From Zootoca vivipara (Eukaryota), in the NCBI RefSeq assembly GCF_963506605.1, contig NC_083290.1, positions 36,146,001-36,210,000 on the forward strand: DNA of 64,000 nt, given 5' to 3'. Of this stretch, positions 62,501 to 64,000 are shown piece after piece. A program made the translations under genes and the position numbers. A model generated the notes under the pieces. It did no database searches. It saw only the letters and a program-made list of their open reading frames with translations, and was not told the origin of the DNA. Within the stretch, counting starts at the first letter, position 1. Every line of letters starts with the position of its first letter.

Positions 62501-64000
62501 TTTACCATAGTGACTGACCACAAGCCGTTGCTTGGCCTGTTTGCCCCTGAGAAGCAGACCCCCCAAGTGTTGTCTCCACGTGTCCTCAGGTGGTCAATTT
62601 TCCTTGCCGGCTACCAGTATGCACTAATCCACCGCCCTGGGAAGGCGATGGGCCACGCAGACGCCCTCAGCAGGCTACCACTACCAGAAACAGGCCCCGA
62701 CCCAGCGCCTGCGCAAGAGGTTATGACCCTGGAGCTGCTTCCCGACCGACCCATTCAGGCACAAGAAGTTGCGCACCATTCCACAAAAGATAGGGTCATC
62801 TCCCGGGTCCTGGACTGGGTGTGGCGAGGATGGCCCAGCAGCAGCCCCGGGCCAGAATTCGCTGGCTACACAAACCGCAAACATGAACTGTCGGCCCACA
62901 AGGGGTGCCTGTTATGGGGAAGCAGGGTTGTTGTTCCCCAGCCCCTCCGCAAAAGGGTCCTCACAGCCCTACACGAGACACACCCAGGGGTAGTGAGGAT
63001 GAAGGCCCTTGCCAAGAGTTATGTGTGGTGGCCGGGGATTGACAGAGAGATAGAGGCCTGGGTCCAACACTGCCAGACCTGCCAAGAATCCCGCCCGGAT
63101 CCCCCTAGGGCCCCAGTCCAGCCCTGGGAGTCCGCCCGACATCCATGGTCACGCTTGCACGTGGACTTCGCTGGCCCCTTCCAGGGAAAAACATTCTTCA
63201 TAGTGGTGGATTCCTACACCAAATGGCTGGAGGTCGCACTGGTACCATCCACTTCTACGGCGGCAGCCATCCGGGTACTACGTAAGCTGTTTGCGACCCA
63301 CGGGCTCCCTGACACCCTCGTCTCGGACAATGGAACCGCATTCACGTCAGAGGAGTTCCAGACCTTCACAGCGCAGAACGCCATCCGCCACATCCGCTCA
63401 GCACCATTCCACCCTGCCACCAATGGCCAAGCGGAGCGCATGGTGCGGACCACCAAGGACAGCCTCCGCCGCATGACACAAGGGGACTGGGAATACCGCC
63501 TTGCCGCATTTCTTCTAGCACAGCACAGCACCCCAAGCACAACGACGGGCCGGAGCCCAGCTGAATTACTAATGGGCCGGCGCCTTGCAACTAGACTGGA
63601 CCGACTTCACCCCGACAGAGCTCAGGATGAGGTAGTGGTGGGGAAAGGCAGGAACCCCCGGACATTTGTGGCCCAGGACCCAGTGTATGCAAAGAATTTT
63701 GGGGCAGGCCCAGCATGGGTACCCGCCACAGTCACCAAGGTGACCGGTCCCGTGTCGTACGAGGTACTAACGGAAGGGGGGCAATGTTGGCGCCGCCACT
63801 GCGACCAGCTACGGCGACGATTCCCAGGAGGAACCCGGGAGGAGAGCGGGACAGAGGGGTCCCAAGGGGACAGCAGGGCAGTGAGGCCTGTAGAGCGAGA
63901 GGGGTGGGCAGGGGAAGCAGAAGCAGTAGGCACAGAGGGGCGCCCCGAGGCTGGAAGGACACCGGAACCAGAGCTACAACCTAGTGGTTCAGTGGCGCCA
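59579..64000 (+). mobile_element. Second copy of the same Gypsy element (5' LTR 59579-59954), cut by the window end
   Basis: Same left flank (...GGGCCTC|TGTTATG) and apparently the same sequence as 36377-40798, offset 23202. Confidence 0.97.
60083..64000 (+). CDS. Gypsy Gag-Pol polyprotein, copy 2 (open to the window end)
   Basis: ATGGCAACCGAC at 60083. Alternative-frame ORFs match those of copy 1 up to the window edge. It is missing from the ORF track, presumably because its stop is outside the window. Confidence 0.95.
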   Translation, partial: MATDSSFSPFKPASGDWEGYAAHFNFLLQAKEVTNDAMKRATFFSVCGEETFEIARALLAPRDVATVSYKTIMERLKEHFSPQPSVVACRNAFYAKRQAPGETITGFVTSLRQAARLCNFSELENMLRDRLVGGLRDEMLQRRLYAKKDLTFQIALEEALATEAAERSTQEARPAPPSQPRVYHEDLTDESESDREEVHRVQRRTQAAHTPQQPRREGGNCASCGENHERRTCRFRNAECRQCRKLGHIARVCRARLTRRQASDDRPRSPRSHGTMHQGNSTEITDYQVFQLPHPSTEKIYIEVQIEGAPCRMELDTGSTLSIISARTLRELCPNGGPKLRPAPFTLRDFQKRKVPTMGVGTFRVQYRGRKQQLDLLVVKGPYVSLLGLAWFAPLGLAVTGVNRTSLQVDVDAICKEFPGVFDGALGRYTGPPIALQLDPAVRPIRHKARRVPFALKPRIDEELDRLVEQGVLEPVPNAPWETPIVTPVKPNGSVRICADYKCTINKALTAHAYPVPVVSHVLATLAGSKIFGKLDLAQAYQQLPVDEATAEAQTIVTHRGAFRVKRLQFGVSVAPGIFQNLMDSLLKGIPDVTPFFDDVLIAGPTPEEFEDRLRSVLHRFQTAGLKVKREKCLLGVPQVDFLGFKVDAEGVHPTGDKVRAICEAPAPKSKPELQSFLGLLNFYHAFLPHKAAVAEPLHRLLDKRAPWVWGQRQRAAFQAVKDLLVSNSVLAHFDERLPVVLACDASPYGIGAVLGHQLPDGREVPVAYFSQTLAAAERNYSQIDKEGLAIVKGVKKFHDFLYGRPFTIVTDHKPLLGLFAPEKQTPQVLSPRVLRWSIFLAGYQYALIHRPGKAMGHADALSRLPLPETGPDPAPAQEVMTLELLPDRPIQAQEVAHHSTKDRVISRVLDWVWRGWPSSSPGPEFAGYTNRKHELSAHKGCLLWGSRVVVPQPLRKRVLTALHETHPGVVRMKALAKSYVWWPGIDREIEAWVQHCQTCQESRPDPPRAPVQPWESARHPWSRLHVDFAGPFQGKTFFIVVDSYTKWLEVALVPSTSTAAAIRVLRKLFATHGLPDTLVSDNGTAFTSEEFQTFTAQNAIRHIRSAPFHPATNGQAERMVRTTKDSLRRMTQGDWEYRLAAFLLAQHSTPSTTTGRSPAELLMGRRLATRLDRLHPDRAQDEVVVGKGRNPRTFVAQDPVYAKNFGAGPAWVPATVTKVTGPVSYEVLTEGGQCWRRHCDQLRRRFPGGTREESGTEGSQGDSRAVRPVEREGWAGEAEAVGTEGRPEAGRTPEPELQPSGSVAP

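Larger units (their letters stand above)
1..64000. repeat. Tandem segmental-duplication array of an ~18 kb unit (3 complete periods plus the start of a 4th)
   Basis: Anchor ACTGAAGTGAATGGACC occurs at 1, 36137 and 59339 (deleted at the ~18445 equivalent). ORFs recur at offsets 18350 (266->18616), ~41100 (836->41936) and 23202 (36256->59458). The third period is ~5 kb longer because of the Gypsy insertion. Confidence 0.98.

Noticed and set aside
65-63984. Hundreds of 60-190 aa ORFs in the six-frame track, many recurring in each unit
   Set aside because: They are exon-plus-intron read-throughs, antisense or alternative frames, or TE sequence. Recurrence reflects DNA duplication, not independent conservation.

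Overview
Vertebrate genomic DNA, almost certainly a squamate and probably a lacertid lizard, judging by Sauria SINE, L2, CR1, BovB, L1 and hAT/Tc-mariner repeats. The window is a head-to-tail tandem array of an ~18 kb unit (approx. 1-18350, 18351-36136, 36137-59338, and 59339 to the window end). The array carries a minus-strand, 19-coding-exon maestro-HEAT-like-repeat (MROH-family-like) gene once per repeat. The ORF track fragments this gene, but hand-splicing gives an uninterrupted 751-aa CDS in copy B (22937->16318) and a 752-aa CDS in copy C (46894->33960). Copies A and D are cut by the window edges. Copies C and D carry the same Ty3/Gypsy LTR retrotransposon antisense in intron 11 at the identical nucleotide. 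The complete copy has identical 376-bp LTRs, a GCCTC TSD, a tRNA-Ser PBS and a 1356-aa Gag-Pol. Copies A and B have the empty site. The units are mosaics of one another, with copy-specific TE insertions, deletions, a chimeric SINE/LTR junction, a stray MROH exon block inside an ERV remnant and divergent promoters. All alignments were done by eye. Family assignments come from recognised motifs, not from database searches.
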